Shown here: positions 11,074-20,716 of the stretch, in pieces | Position numbering within the stretch: the first letter of the stretch is position 1 | Layout: each line of letters begins with the position of its first letter | DNA from: an uncultured bacterium | GTDB taxonomy: Bacteria; Pseudomonadota; Gammaproteobacteria; Pseudomonadales; JADFDG01 | Length of the DNA stretch: 64,000 nucleotides | Reading direction: 5' to 3' | NCBI GenBank assembly: GCA_965232985.1 | Contig: CBDDRC010000042.1 | Coordinates: forward strand, 281,299-345,298 | Notes under the pieces: generated by a model | What the model was told of the DNA's origin: nothing | The model's database searches: none | What the model saw: the letters and a program-made list of their open reading frames with translations, nothing else | Translations under genes and position numbers: made by a program

Positions 11074-12152
11074 AAATGGCCGGCGCGCGCATCAACGCTG
11101 CACGTTTCACCGGCACCAAAACCGGTATCGCGCTGGTCATCCTCGCGCTCGCCGTGTTGCCGCTGGTCACCGGCGCCGCGCTCGGCACCTCATGGGTGCG
11201 TGTGCTCGATTTTGCGCTGCTGTACATCATGCTCGCGCTCGGCCTCAACATTGTCGTCGGCTACGCCGGCCTGCTCGACTTGGGTTACATCGCGTTCTAT
11301 GCCGTCGGCGCCTACACCTGGGCACTGCTTGCCTCACCCCAATTCGGGCTGCATCTACCATTCTGGGTGATCCTGCCGATCGGTGCCGGCATCGCCTGTT
11401 TGTTCGGCGTACTGCTGGGCGCGCCAACATTACGCCTGCGCGGCGATTACCTCGCCATCGTCACGCTCGGGTTCGGCGAGATCGTGCGCCTGTTCATCAA
11501 CAACCTGGATCGGCCGGTCAACATCACCAACGGGCCACAGGGCATTGATCGCATCGACGCCGTGTCGATTGCCGGGTTATCGCTCGAGAACTCGCTCACT
11601 CTGGGCAGCTTCACGCTGAGCAGCGCACAACTGTATTACTACCTGTTCCTGGTGCTCACCGCCCTGGTGATGCTGGCCTGCGTACGCCTTGAGGACTCGC
11701 GCATCGGTCGCGCCTGGATGGCGATCCGCGAAGATGAAATTGCCGCCAAGGCGATGGGCATCAATACCCGCAATGTGAAACTGCTTGCCTTCGCGATGGG
11801 CGCCACATTCGGCGGCGTCGCCGGCGGCCTGTTCGCGAGTTTCCAGGGCTTCGTCAGCCCGGAAAGCTTCGTGCTGATGGAATCGGTGATGATCCTGTGC
11901 ATGGTGGTACTCGGCGGCATGGGCAATATTGCCGGCGTTGTGCTCGGCGCCGTGCTGCTGACGGTGACACCGGAATTTCTGCGCGACATCATCAATCCGT
12001 TGCAGCGCGCGGCATTCGGCGAAGTACGCATCGATCCGGAAAATCTGCGCATGTTGCTGTTCGGGCTGGCACTGATCCTGATGATGCTGTTCCGCCCGCA
12101 GGGCATCCTGCCGCGCCATCGCCACGGCAACGGGAACAGCGGTCGTGGCTGA
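11070..12152 (+). CDS. livM: branched-chain amino acid ABC transporter permease
   Basis: The ATG at 11070 overlaps the livH stop (ATGA). LALGLNIVVGYAGLLDLGYIAFYAVGAY is typical of LivM. The first ~145 aa of the 505-aa track ORF are an out-of-frame read through livH. Confidence 0.9.
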   Translation: MKMAGARINAARFTGTKTGIALVILALAVLPLVTGAALGTSWVRVLDFALLYIMLALGLNIVVGYAGLLDLGYIAFYAVGAYTWALLASPQFGLHLPFWVILPIGAGIACLFGVLLGAPTLRLRGDYLAIVTLGFGEIVRLFINNLDRPVNITNGPQGIDRIDAVSIAGLSLENSLTLGSFTLSSAQLYYYLFLVLTALVMLACVRLEDSRIGRAWMAIREDEIAAKAMGINTRNVKLLAFAMGATFGGVAGGLFASFQGFVSPESFVLMESVMILCMVVLGGMGNIAGVVLGAVLLTVTPEFLRDIINPLQRAAFGEVRIDPENLRMLLFGLALILMMLFRPQGILPRHRHGNGNSGRG

Positions 12153-12951
12153 ATTGCTGATCGCGCGCGGGCTCAGCAAACGCTTCGGCGGTCTTGCGGC
12201 ACTCAAAGGTGTGTCGTTGACGATCAAACGTGGGGAGATCTATGGCCTGATCGGCCCGAACGGTGCGGGCAAGACCACGCTGTTCAATGTGCTCACCGGC
12301 CTGTATCAGGCCGACGAAGGTGAACTGCTGTTCAATGGCGCGTCGTTATTGAATGCGCCGTCGCATCGGGTGGTGGCCCGCGGGCTCGCGCGTACTTTCC
12401 AGAATATCCGCCTGTTCGGGCAAATGACCGCCATCGAGAATGTCATGGTCGGCCGCCATGTGCGCACGCAAGCCGGCGCGCTGGGCGCGGTGCTACGCGG
12501 TGCCGGCACCCGCGCCGAGGAAGCGGCAATTCGCCTGCGTGCCGGGGAACTGCTCACCTACGTCGGCCTTGATGCAGCAAAAGGCGCGCGCCTCGCCGAA
12601 CACCTTTCCTACGGCGATCAGCGGCGCCTGGAAATTGCCCGCGCCCTGGCCACCGAGCCAATATTGCTGGCCCTCGACGAACCGGCGGCCGGCATGAACC
12701 ACACCGAAACAAACGCCCTGCGTGCACTGCTGGAAAAAATCCGCAGCGACGGCATCACCATCCTGCTGATCGAGCACGACGTGAAACTGGTCATGGGATT
12801 GTGCGACCGCATCGCCGTACTCGATTACGGCGAGCAGATCGCCGAGGGGATTCCCGCCGCAGTACAACGCGATCCGCGGGTGATCGAAGCCTACCTTGGC
12901 ATTGCCCCGGCCGGTGCCGTGATGTCGGATGACCGGGGGACGCCGGCATGA
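12145..12951 (+). CDS. livG: branched-chain amino acid ABC transporter ATP-binding protein
   Basis: Walker A GPNGAGKTT, signature LSYGDQRRLEIARAL and Walker B ILLALDEPAAG are present. The GTG start overlaps the livM end. Confidence 0.9.
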   Translation: MAELLIARGLSKRFGGLAALKGVSLTIKRGEIYGLIGPNGAGKTTLFNVLTGLYQADEGELLFNGASLLNAPSHRVVARGLARTFQNIRLFGQMTAIENVMVGRHVRTQAGALGAVLRGAGTRAEEAAIRLRAGELLTYVGLDAAKGARLAEHLSYGDQRRLEIARALATEPILLALDEPAAGMNHTETNALRALLEKIRSDGITILLIEHDVKLVMGLCDRIAVLDYGEQIAEGIPAAVQRDPRVIEAYLGIAPAGAVMSDDRGTPA

Positions 12952-13661
12952 GCGCATTGCTGGAAGTCAAAAACCTGCGCGTCGCTCATGGCAATATCGA
13001 GGCCGTACACGGCATCTCGTTCGCGCTCGCCGCCGGCGAGCTGGTCTGCCTGATCGGTGCCAACGGCGCCGGCAAGAGCACAACCCTCAATGCCATCGCC
13101 GGGCTGCTGACGCCGCGCGCGGGTGAAATTCATTTTGCCGGCGAACGCATTGACCGGCTGCCAGCCCACCGCCGCGCCGCGCTCGGTCTTTCGCTGGTGC
13201 CGGAAGGCCGCGGCATATTCCCACGGCTCACCGTCGAGGAAAATCTGCAAATGGGCGCCTGGTACCGCAAAGATCACAGCGCCGTGCGCAGCGATCTGGA
13301 CCGGCAATATGCACTGTTCGCGCGCCTCGCCGAGCGGCGCACGCAACTGGCCGGCACGCTCTCCGGCGGCGAACAGCAAATGGTGGCGATGGCGCGCGCG
13401 TTGATGGCCCGCCCGCGCCTGCTGCTGCTCGACGAGCCCTCCATGGGGCTTGCCCCACTGATGGTGCGCACAATTTTCGATGTGGTGCTGAAAGTTGCGC
13501 GCGCGGGTGTAACGATATTGCTGGTGGAACAGAATGCGCGCGGGGCCCTGTCGATGGCCACCCGCGGCTGCGTGATGGCGCACGGCGATATCACCCTAAG
13601 CGGCGCCGCCCGCGACCTGCTGCACGATTCTGCCGTGCAAAGCGCCTATCTGGGCGGCTGA
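12948..13661 (+). CDS. livF: branched-chain amino acid ABC transporter ATP-binding protein
   Basis: Walker A GANGAGKST, signature LSGGEQQMVAMARAL and Walker B LLLLDEPSMGLAP are present. There is an ATGA overlap with livG. Confidence 0.9.
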   Translation: MSALLEVKNLRVAHGNIEAVHGISFALAAGELVCLIGANGAGKSTTLNAIAGLLTPRAGEIHFAGERIDRLPAHRRAALGLSLVPEGRGIFPRLTVEENLQMGAWYRKDHSAVRSDLDRQYALFARLAERRTQLAGTLSGGEQQMVAMARALMARPRLLLLDEPSMGLAPLMVRTIFDVVLKVARAGVTILLVEQNARGALSMATRGCVMAHGDITLSGAARDLLHDSAVQSAYLGG

Positions 13662-13731
13662 TTCATCGACCAACACCCACTCTCAGGCGCCTGCCTGAAC
13701 AACACCCTCGCCTCAATCCAGAGCCCTGTCG

Positions 13732-14421
13732 ATGATGACCCGCCGTCCGGCACACCGCACCGCCCTGCTCGGCATTGCCTGCCTGTTGCTGCTGAGCGCC
13801 TGCGCTACAGCGCCTGCGATTGATCCCGCACTGCGGCCGGCCAACTGGGCAACACCGATCACAATGGCAGGCCTGCCTAACCTGCATCGTATTGATGCCA
13901 GCCTCTACCGCAGCCAGCAGCCAACCGAAACCGGTTTGCGCAATGCGCGTGAACAACTTGGTATCCGCACCGTCATCAATCTCCGCACTTTTCATTCCGA
14001 GGCGAAGGCGGCCGCACGCGCCGGGCTGCTCACCGAAACGCTGAGCGTGAAGACCTGGCACATTGAAGACGAGGACGTGGTCCGCGTGCTGCAAATCCTT
14101 CGCCAACGCCAGAACGGCCCGTTCCTGCTGCATTGCCGGCACGGCGCCGACCGTACGGGTGTGATGGCAGCGATGTACCGGATTGTCGAACAGGGCTGGA
14201 CGAAAGAGCAGGCGCTCGACGAGATGGTGCACGGCGGCTACGGCTTCCACCCGTTCTGGTCTAACATCATCGCCTACCTTGAAAAGGTCGATGTCGAACA
14301 CATCCGGGCGCAAGTCGCGGCCACTGCCTCCGCTGGCGCGGCGGCCTGCAAAAATACGCCCATCACAGCGCACGATACGGCACCGCCACAACCGCCGCAC
14401 CGGAACTGCACCCATGAGTAA
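13732..14421 (+). CDS. lipoprotein with Cys-based (CX5R) tyrosine/dual-specificity phosphatase domain
   Basis: Signal peptide plus lipobox (LLLLSAC). The active-site loop is HCRHGADRTG, matching HCX5R(S/T). Confidence 0.7.
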   Translation: MMTRRPAHRTALLGIACLLLLSACATAPAIDPALRPANWATPITMAGLPNLHRIDASLYRSQQPTETGLRNAREQLGIRTVINLRTFHSEAKAAARAGLLTETLSVKTWHIEDEDVVRVLQILRQRQNGPFLLHCRHGADRTGVMAAMYRIVEQGWTKEQALDEMVHGGYGFHPFWSNIIAYLEKVDVEHIRAQVAATASAGAAACKNTPITAHDTAPPQPPHRNCTHE

Positions 14422-15646
14422 ACACTCCGGCGCGCTGTCGCCGCGCATCCGCCGCCGTATCTTTGCCATCGTCCTGCTGATCGTGGCCGCTGTTCTTGCC
14501 TGGCTGCGGCCCGGCACAGAACACTCGCCATGGACGATGTTGCGCCTGTTCCACGCCGACGTGCGCGCCGAAAATTTTCGCTATATGGAACGCATATTCC
14601 CGGCGCGCGAGCTGCCCGCCAGCACGACACCATTCATCTTCCCGCAACGCGCCACCGCGCTGCCGGCCACTTACCATTTCAATGGCAGCACGCTCGCGGT
14701 CGCTGATTTCCTCGCCCGCTCGCAAACTACCGGGCTGTTCATCCTGCGCAACGGTGTCGTCATCCACGAGCAATACCGCCTCGGCGCCACACCCGATTCG
14801 CGCTTCACGGGCTGGTCCATTGCCAAAAGCGTCGTTGCCACGCTGATCGGCATCGCACTGAAGGACGGTGCGATTCATTCGCTCGACGACACGGTCAGCG
14901 ACTATGTCCCGGAATACGCCGGCAGCGCCTGGGCGCAGGTGACAATTCGCGATCTGCTGCGCATGGCCAGCGGTATCGACTTCGACGAACGCTACGACAC
15001 CCAGTTTTCCGACATTCAACGCATATTCCAGCGCGCCTTTCTGCTCAACATCCCGCTCGACGAGAGCGTGCGCGCTTATCCGGCCAACCCCGACGAGCAA
15101 CCACCCGGCTCGCGCTTCCACTACATCTCGATCAACACCCAGGTGCTGGCCAATGTCCTGCGCCATGCCACCGGCAAACGGCTGGTCGACTACGCACAGG
15201 AGAAACTCTGGCAACCGCTCGGTATGCAGGATGGCGCCCTCTGGAATCTCGACGGCGATGACGGCACCGAAATCAGCTACTGCTGCCTGAACACAACCCT
15301 GCGCGACTACGCCCGGCTCGGTCAGTTGTATCTGCAGCAGGGCCAGTGGCACGGCGTGCAGTTGCTGCCGGCCGACTGGGTGCGCGAGAGCACCCGCCGC
15401 AGCGAGGCCTGGCTGCAAGCGGGAGTCGCTGCCCCGGAGCGGGGTTACGGCTACCACTGGTGGGTACCGCCGGCGGCCGACGGCGAATACTTTGCCAACG
15501 GTATCTGGGGGCAAACGATCTGGGTGGATGAGCCGCGCCAGGTCGTCATCGTGAAGACCAGCATCGACCCGGACTTCCAGGTCCACACGGCCGAGACCAT
15601 TGCCCTGATGCGGGGCCTGTCCCGCCCGGGATTGCCCCGGCAATGA
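14414..15646 (+). CDS. membrane-anchored serine hydrolase (beta-lactamase / class C PBP fold)
   Basis: Start at MSKHSGAL (14414), overlapping the phosphatase gene end by 8 nt. It has an N-terminal TM helix (IFAIVLLIVAAVLAWL), the S-x-x-K motif SIAK, and YGYHWW. Confidence 0.8.
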   Translation: MSKHSGALSPRIRRRIFAIVLLIVAAVLAWLRPGTEHSPWTMLRLFHADVRAENFRYMERIFPARELPASTTPFIFPQRATALPATYHFNGSTLAVADFLARSQTTGLFILRNGVVIHEQYRLGATPDSRFTGWSIAKSVVATLIGIALKDGAIHSLDDTVSDYVPEYAGSAWAQVTIRDLLRMASGIDFDERYDTQFSDIQRIFQRAFLLNIPLDESVRAYPANPDEQPPGSRFHYISINTQVLANVLRHATGKRLVDYAQEKLWQPLGMQDGALWNLDGDDGTEISYCCLNTTLRDYARLGQLYLQQGQWHGVQLLPADWVRESTRRSEAWLQAGVAAPERGYGYHWWVPPAADGEYFANGIWGQTIWVDEPRQVVIVKTSIDPDFQVHTAETIALMRGLSRPGLPRQ

Positions 15647-15826
15647 GCAGCCACCCCCGGTGGCGGCCGAAAACTTCTGCCCGGCCCAAAAAAACCAAGA
15701 TTTCAGTGGCCAAAACGGCCGATTACCTGTAATAAAGTTGTCGGGTTTTTTCGCCTGCTCCGGGCGGGAGCCCAACGCAAGGCCAGCTTCCGGCTGGCGA
15801 GTCCACGTTTTGAGGAAGGCACGGTC

Positions 15827-16039
15827 ATGTCAGGTCAGGTCAACGGCGTCGTCAAGTGGTTCAACGATGAGAAGGGTTACGGTTTCATTTCGCGTGAAGG
15901 TGGTCCGGATGTGTTCGTACACTTCCGTGCCATCAACGGCTCCGGCCGGCGCACGCTGAAAGAAGGCCAGAAGGTAGCGTTCGATGTCACGCAGGGCCAA
16001 AAAGGCCCGCAGGCTGAGAACGTAACCCTTCTCAGCTGA
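15827..16039 (+). CDS. cold-shock protein (CspA family)
   Basis: 70 aa. The sequence [27 protein letters not shown] contains the RNP-1/RNP-2 motifs. A 180-nt upstream non-coding leader precedes it. Confidence 0.95.
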   Translation: MSGQVNGVVKWFNDEKGYGFISREGGPDVFVHFRAINGSGRRTLKEGQKVAFDVTQGQKGPQAENVTLLS

Positions 16040-16056
16040 GACGTTACTCGTTCGGA

Positions 16057-16098
16057 AAACGCCCCGCCCGGGAAACCCGGCGGGGCGTTCTCTTTTTG
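16057..16098 (+). terminator. rho-independent terminator after the cold-shock gene
   Basis: GC-rich hairpin AACGCCCCGCCCGGG-AAA-CCCGGCGGGGCGTT followed by CTCTTTTT. Confidence 0.7.
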
Positions 16099-16151
16099 GG
16101 CTCCTGCCTTCCCGTAGAATGCCACGCTCCTGAACACCCGGATCCGCGCGC

Positions 16152-17813
16152 ATGTTGCGACTCACCGAGCTCAAGTTGCCGCTCGCCCACACCGAGACCG
16201 AACTGCGCGCCGCGCTGTTGCGCCGGCTTGGTCTCAGCGCCGCAAACCTGCGTGCGTTCACGGTGTTTCGCCGCGGCTTCGACGCCCGCAAGCGCGGCAA
16301 CATCCAGCTTGTCTATACGCTCGACATCGATACCCCGTGCGAAACGGAACTGCTCGCGCAATTCGGCAACGATCCGCACGTCAACCCGACGCCGGATACT
16401 GCCTACCAGCCGGTGGGCCGCGCCCCCACCGACGGCGGGGGCGAACGCCCGATCGTGATCGGCTTCGGCCCCTGCGGGCTGTTTGCGGCGCTGATCCTCG
16501 CCGAGGCGGGCTTGCGCCCGCTGGTGCTTGAGCGCGGCAAGGCGGTGCGTGAACGCACACAGGACACCTGGGGGCTGTGGCGCAAGCGCGAACTGAACCC
16601 GGAGTCGAACGTGCAGTTTGGCGAAGGCGGCGCCGGCACGTTTTCCGACGGCAAACTCTACAGCCAGGTAAAGGACCCGAAACACCATGGCCGCAAGGTG
16701 CTCAGCGAATTCGTCGCCTCCGGCGCGCCGGAAGAAATCCTGTACGTCAGCAAGCCGCACATCGGCACATTCCGGCTGGTCACGATGATTCAGGCGATGC
16801 GAGAGAAAATCGTCGCCCTCGGCGGCGAAATCCGTTTCTCGCAACAGGTTACGGATCTGCGTATCGCCGATGGCACTGTACACGGCGTGATTCTGGCAAG
16901 CGGCGAGAGCATCGACACGCGACATGTCGTGCTGGCGGTTGGCCACAGCGCCCGCGACACATTCAGCATGCTGCATGCACGCGGGATCTACATCGAAGCC
17001 AAACCGTTCTCGATCGGTTTTCGCATTGAACACCCGCAAGCGTTGATCGACACCTGCCGTTTCGGGTCGCAGGCCGGCCACCCGATCCTCGGTGCCGCCG
17101 ATTACAAACTGGTGCATCACTGCAAAAATGGCCGTTCGGTCTACAGTTTCTGCATGTGCCCGGGCGGCACGGTAGTCGCTGCGGCGAGCGAACCGGGGTA
17201 CCTCGTCACCAACGGCATGAGCCAGTACTCGCGCAACGAGCGCAACGCCAATGCGGCAATCGTGGTCGGCATCACGCCGGCGGACTTTCCCGGTGGCGCG
17301 CCCGGCGATGCGGCGCACAATCCGCTCGCCGGCATCGCGCTGCAACGCGAACTCGAAGCGCGTGCCTTCGCGCTCGGTGGCAGTAATTACGATGCGCCGG
17401 CACAACGGGTTGGCGATTTTCTCGCCGGCCGGCCTTCAACGCAGTTCGGCGTGGTCGAGCCCTCCTACCAGCCGGGTGTACGTCTCACCGACCTTGCTGC
17501 GGCGCTGCCGGACTATGCGATCGCCGCCATCCGCGAAGCATTGCCGGCATTCGATAAGCAGATTCGCGGTTTCGCGATGCACGATGCCATGCTGACTGGC
17601 GTTGAAACGCGCACCTCGGCGCCGATCCGCATCAAACGCGACACCAACAGTTACCAGAGCATCAATACCCGGGGCCTCTACCCGGCCGGCGAGGGCGCAG
17701 GCTATGCCGGTGGCATCCTCTCTGCCGGCATCGACGGCATCGAGGTCGCCGAAGCGGTCATACTCGACATACTGGCGACACCCGCCGATACCCGCGCGAC
17801 GGCACGACGATAA
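16152..17813 (+). CDS. FAD-dependent oxidoreductase (COG2509-like)
   Basis: 553 aa. Dinucleotide-binding motif IVIGFGPCGLFAALILAEAG, plus GEGGAGTFSDGKL and C-terminal YPAGEGAGYAGGI, typical of this uncharacterised flavoprotein family. Confidence 0.85.
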   Translation: MLRLTELKLPLAHTETELRAALLRRLGLSAANLRAFTVFRRGFDARKRGNIQLVYTLDIDTPCETELLAQFGNDPHVNPTPDTAYQPVGRAPTDGGGERPIVIGFGPCGLFAALILAEAGLRPLVLERGKAVRERTQDTWGLWRKRELNPESNVQFGEGGAGTFSDGKLYSQVKDPKHHGRKVLSEFVASGAPEEILYVSKPHIGTFRLVTMIQAMREKIVALGGEIRFSQQVTDLRIADGTVHGVILASGESIDTRHVVLAVGHSARDTFSMLHARGIYIEAKPFSIGFRIEHPQALIDTCRFGSQAGHPILGAADYKLVHHCKNGRSVYSFCMCPGGTVVAAASEPGYLVTNGMSQYSRNERNANAAIVVGITPADFPGGAPGDAAHNPLAGIALQRELEARAFALGGSNYDAPAQRVGDFLAGRPSTQFGVVEPSYQPGVRLTDLAAALPDYAIAAIREALPAFDKQIRGFAMHDAMLTGVETRTSAPIRIKRDTNSYQSINTRGLYPAGEGAGYAGGILSAGIDGIEVAEAVILDILATPADTRATARR

Positions 17814-17825
17814 GGAAGGCTGATC

Positions 17826-18383
17826 ATGGCAAAGTCATTGCAGGACCAGTTGCTGAAAACCGGCCTCACCGATGCCAGGCAGGTGAAAAAAATCGCCAGG
17901 GAGAAATACGCCGCAGCGAAACACAACACCGGCGAATCGGCAGCCGACGCAGCAAAACGGCTGGCACAGGAAACCCAGGCAGCCCGCGCCGAACGTGATC
18001 GCGAAATCAACCGGCAGAAGCAGGAGGCGCTGGCACGCAAGGCCGTCGCCGCGCAGGTACGGCAACTGGTCGAGGCCAATCGCGTCGAGCGCCAGGGTGG
18101 CGAGCTCGCATACCGTTTTGCCGACGGGACGCAGGTACAGAAAATTTATGTCACCGCACTCGTGCAGCGCCAACTGGCGCGGGGGCAACTGGCAATCGTG
18201 CGGCTCGACGGCAAGTACGAGCTCATCCCCGGCGAAGTTGCCGGCCGCATTCGTGAGCGCGATCCGGCCGGTGAATTCGTCAACGTGGTCGTACTGGCAA
18301 CAACAGCCGGGAAGAACGACGCCCAACCGGACGCCGACGATCCGTACGCGCAATTCCAGATCCCCGACGACCTGATGTGGTAG
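17826..18383 (+). CDS. DUF2058 (YaiL-like) protein
   Basis: 185 aa. MAKSLQDQLLKTGL... is followed by a Lys/Arg/Glu/Ala-rich segment and a C-terminal ...DDPYAQFQIPDDLMW, as in the DUF2058 family. Confidence 0.7.
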   Translation: MAKSLQDQLLKTGLTDARQVKKIAREKYAAAKHNTGESAADAAKRLAQETQAARAERDREINRQKQEALARKAVAAQVRQLVEANRVERQGGELAYRFADGTQVQKIYVTALVQRQLARGQLAIVRLDGKYELIPGEVAGRIRERDPAGEFVNVVVLATTAGKNDAQPDADDPYAQFQIPDDLMW

Positions 18384-18387
18384 CCCG

Positions 18388-19083
18388 ATGAGCGAAAATC
18401 ACGCGCGGGAATTGCCGGAACCCGGCCAGGTAGCTTGGCTAAAAGTGGTCGAAGTGAACAACACCGGCGTATTTCTCGCCTGGGGGCGCCCCAAGGATCT
18501 GCTGCTGCCTTTCAGCGAACAGGCGGGCCGCGCTGTGGTCGGCCAGCATTGCCTGGTGTGCATTCTGCTCGACGAGGATGATCGGCCGTTTGCATCCGAG
18601 CAGCTTGACGAGTGGATTCATGACATCGTCCCTGCGAGCGTGACATATGCTGCCGGCGATCGCGTCGCGCTGACCGTTGCCGACACAACCGACCTCGGCG
18701 TGAAAGTCATCGTCGATGATCGTTACTGGGGCCTGCTCTATCGCGACGAAATCTTCCGGCCGGTGCACAAAGGCCAGCAACTCGGCGGCTACGTGAAGAA
18801 GCTGCGTGACGACGGCAAGCTGGATGTGACCATCAACCCGCCGACCCACATCGCTGCGGCCTCGCTTGCCGAGCGCATCCTCGCGGCCGTTGATGCCAAT
18901 GGCGGCCAGCTCATGCTGACCGACAAGAGCCGGCCGGAAGCCATTCAGTCCGCATTCGGCGTCAGTAAAAGCGTGTTCAAGCAGGCTCTCGGCGCGCTTT
19001 ACAAACAGCGTCTGATCCTGATCGAGACGCACTGCATCCGGCGCGCCGCACCGGGCAACAGCAAGAGCAGCAGCAAAGGCTGA
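18388..19083 (+). CDS. S1-like RNA-binding domain protein (CvfB/YitL family)
   Basis: 231 aa with repeated S1-like segments (VAWLKVVEVNNTGVFLAWG.PKDLLLP; GDRVALTVADTTDLGVKVIVDDRYWGLLY; GQQLGGYVKKLRDDGKLDVT). Confidence 0.7.
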   Translation: MSENHARELPEPGQVAWLKVVEVNNTGVFLAWGRPKDLLLPFSEQAGRAVVGQHCLVCILLDEDDRPFASEQLDEWIHDIVPASVTYAAGDRVALTVADTTDLGVKVIVDDRYWGLLYRDEIFRPVHKGQQLGGYVKKLRDDGKLDVTINPPTHIAAASLAERILAAVDANGGQLMLTDKSRPEAIQSAFGVSKSVFKQALGALYKQRLILIETHCIRRAAPGNSKSSSKG

Positions 19084-19086
19084 ACC

Positions 19087-19503
19087 ATGCTGACAATCTC
19101 GAATACCGTTGCGATTCCCGATCAGGAGATCGAATGGCAAGCGATCCGTGCCCAGGGCGCCGGCGGGCAGAACGTCAACAAGGTTTCGACTGCAGTGCAC
19201 CTGCGTTTCGATATCCGCGCCTCGTCGCTGCCGGATGCATACAAGCAACGACTGCTGGCATACAAGGATCACCACATCACCGATGACGGCGTCATCGTCA
19301 TCAAGGCGCAGTCACTCAACAGCCAGCTGCGCAATCGCGAGGATGCCATGACGCGCCTTGCCGACATCATCCGCGCCGCCATGGTGGTGCAGAAAAAACG
19401 GCGGCCAACCAAGCCGACCAAGAGCTCGCAGACCCGGCGCATGGACAGCAAGACCAAGCGCGGGAAATCGAAATCACTGCGCGGGAAACCGGGCGATGAC
19501 TGA
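19087..19503 (+). CDS. arfB: alternative ribosome-rescue factor ArfB (peptidyl-tRNA hydrolase, GGQ)
   Basis: 138 aa. It has the [25 protein letters not shown] motif and a basic C-terminal tail ([27 protein letters not shown]). Confidence 0.9.
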   Translation: MLTISNTVAIPDQEIEWQAIRAQGAGGQNVNKVSTAVHLRFDIRASSLPDAYKQRLLAYKDHHITDDGVIVIKAQSLNSQLRNREDAMTRLADIIRAAMVVQKKRRPTKPTKSSQTRRMDSKTKRGKSKSLRGKPGDD

Positions 19504-19518
19504 AGCAGCAGCTGACCG

Positions 19519-20157
19519 ATGAACCCCGCAAAGCGCCGCCAGATTCTTGAACGTCTGCGCGCCGAAAACCCCGCGCCGACTACCGAACTGAACTACACAA
19601 CGCCGTTCGAGCTGCTGGTAGCGGTGACCCTGTCGGCGCAGGCAACCGACAAGGGCGTGAACAAGGCCACCGCGAAACTCTTTCCCGTCGCCAACACGCC
19701 GCAGGCCATTTTCAATCTCGGTATCGACGGGCTGAAGGAATACGTAAAAACGATCGGCCTGTTCAATACCAAAGCCGCAAATATCATCAAGACCTGCCGC
19801 ATCCTGATCGACGCGCACAACAGCCAAGTGCCGCAGGAACGCGAGGCGCTGGAAAGCCTGCCCGGCGTCGGGCGAAAAACGGCCAACGTGGTGCTCAATA
19901 CCGCCTTCGGGCACCACACCATCGCCGTCGATACCCACATCTTTCGCGTGTCGAATCGCACCGGGTTCGCACCGGGCAAGACGGTGTTGGCCGTCGAGAA
20001 AAAACTCGAGAAATTCACCCCGGACGAATTCCGGCAGGACATCCACCACTGGCTGATCCTGCACGGCCGCTACGTGTGCGTGGCGCGCAAGCCGCGCTGC
20101 GGCGCCTGCGTGATCGAGGATCTGTGCGAATACCGCGGCAAAACCGCGGATACCTGA
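19519..20157 (+). CDS. nth: endonuclease III
   Basis: 212 aa. It has the helix-hairpin-helix LPGVGRKTANVVL, the catalytic-region VDTHIFRV, and the C-terminal 4Fe-4S cluster CVARKPRCGACVIEDLC. Confidence 0.95.
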   Translation: MNPAKRRQILERLRAENPAPTTELNYTTPFELLVAVTLSAQATDKGVNKATAKLFPVANTPQAIFNLGIDGLKEYVKTIGLFNTKAANIIKTCRILIDAHNSQVPQEREALESLPGVGRKTANVVLNTAFGHHTIAVDTHIFRVSNRTGFAPGKTVLAVEKKLEKFTPDEFRQDIHHWLILHGRYVCVARKPRCGACVIEDLCEYRGKTADT

Positions 20158-20260
20158 CCTGCAGACGAGAACCGTCCCTTCCCGCTTTCCGGCGAAAGTG
20201 GTCTTGTTCACCAGCCGGCGGGCAGGCATGCTGTAAAAACCGTTCCAGGGAGGATCCGCC

Positions 20261-20695
20261 ATGAAAACGGTCGCAGAGATTCTCAAAGCAAAAGCCAACT
20301 CGCAGATATACAGCATCCCGCCATCCACAACCGTGCTTGAGGCCATTGCACTGATGGCGGCAAAGAGCATCGGCGCGCTGGTTGTCATCGAGGAAGAAAA
20401 GGTCGTCGGCATCATCAGCGAGCGTGACTACGCACGGAAGATTGTGCTGATGGAGCGCTCTGCCTACGACACCTGCGTGCGAGACATCATGACCGCCGAT
20501 GTCATCACCGTGCAGCCCGGCCAAAGCAACGAGCACTGCATGAAAATCATGACCGACCGGCGCCTGCGTCACCTGCCGGTGCTGGAAAACAGCAAACTGA
20601 TCGGCATGATCTCGATTGGCGATCTGGTCAAGGACATCATTTCCGACCAGCAATCCATGATTCGTCAGCTTGAGTCATACATCCGCGGCGAATGA
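20261..20695 (+). CDS. CBS-pair domain protein
   Basis: 144 aa with two CBS repeats (GALVVIEEEKVVGIISERD; LRHLPVLENSKLIGMISIGD). Confidence 0.85.
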   Translation: MKTVAEILKAKANSQIYSIPPSTTVLEAIALMAAKSIGALVVIEEEKVVGIISERDYARKIVLMERSAYDTCVRDIMTADVITVQPGQSNEHCMKIMTDRRLRHLPVLENSKLIGMISIGDLVKDIISDQQSMIRQLESYIRGE

Positions 20696-20716
20696 TTCCT
20701 GCATTTCCGGCCGGGA

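Noticed and set aside
15647-15826. A promoter and thermosensing leader upstream of the cold-shock gene (possible TGGCCA-N17-TAATAA at about 15707-15735).
   Set aside because: The -35 match is weak, and I cannot verify any cold-box or alternative folding by eye. A long leader is expected for csp genes, but I do not have enough support to annotate specific elements.
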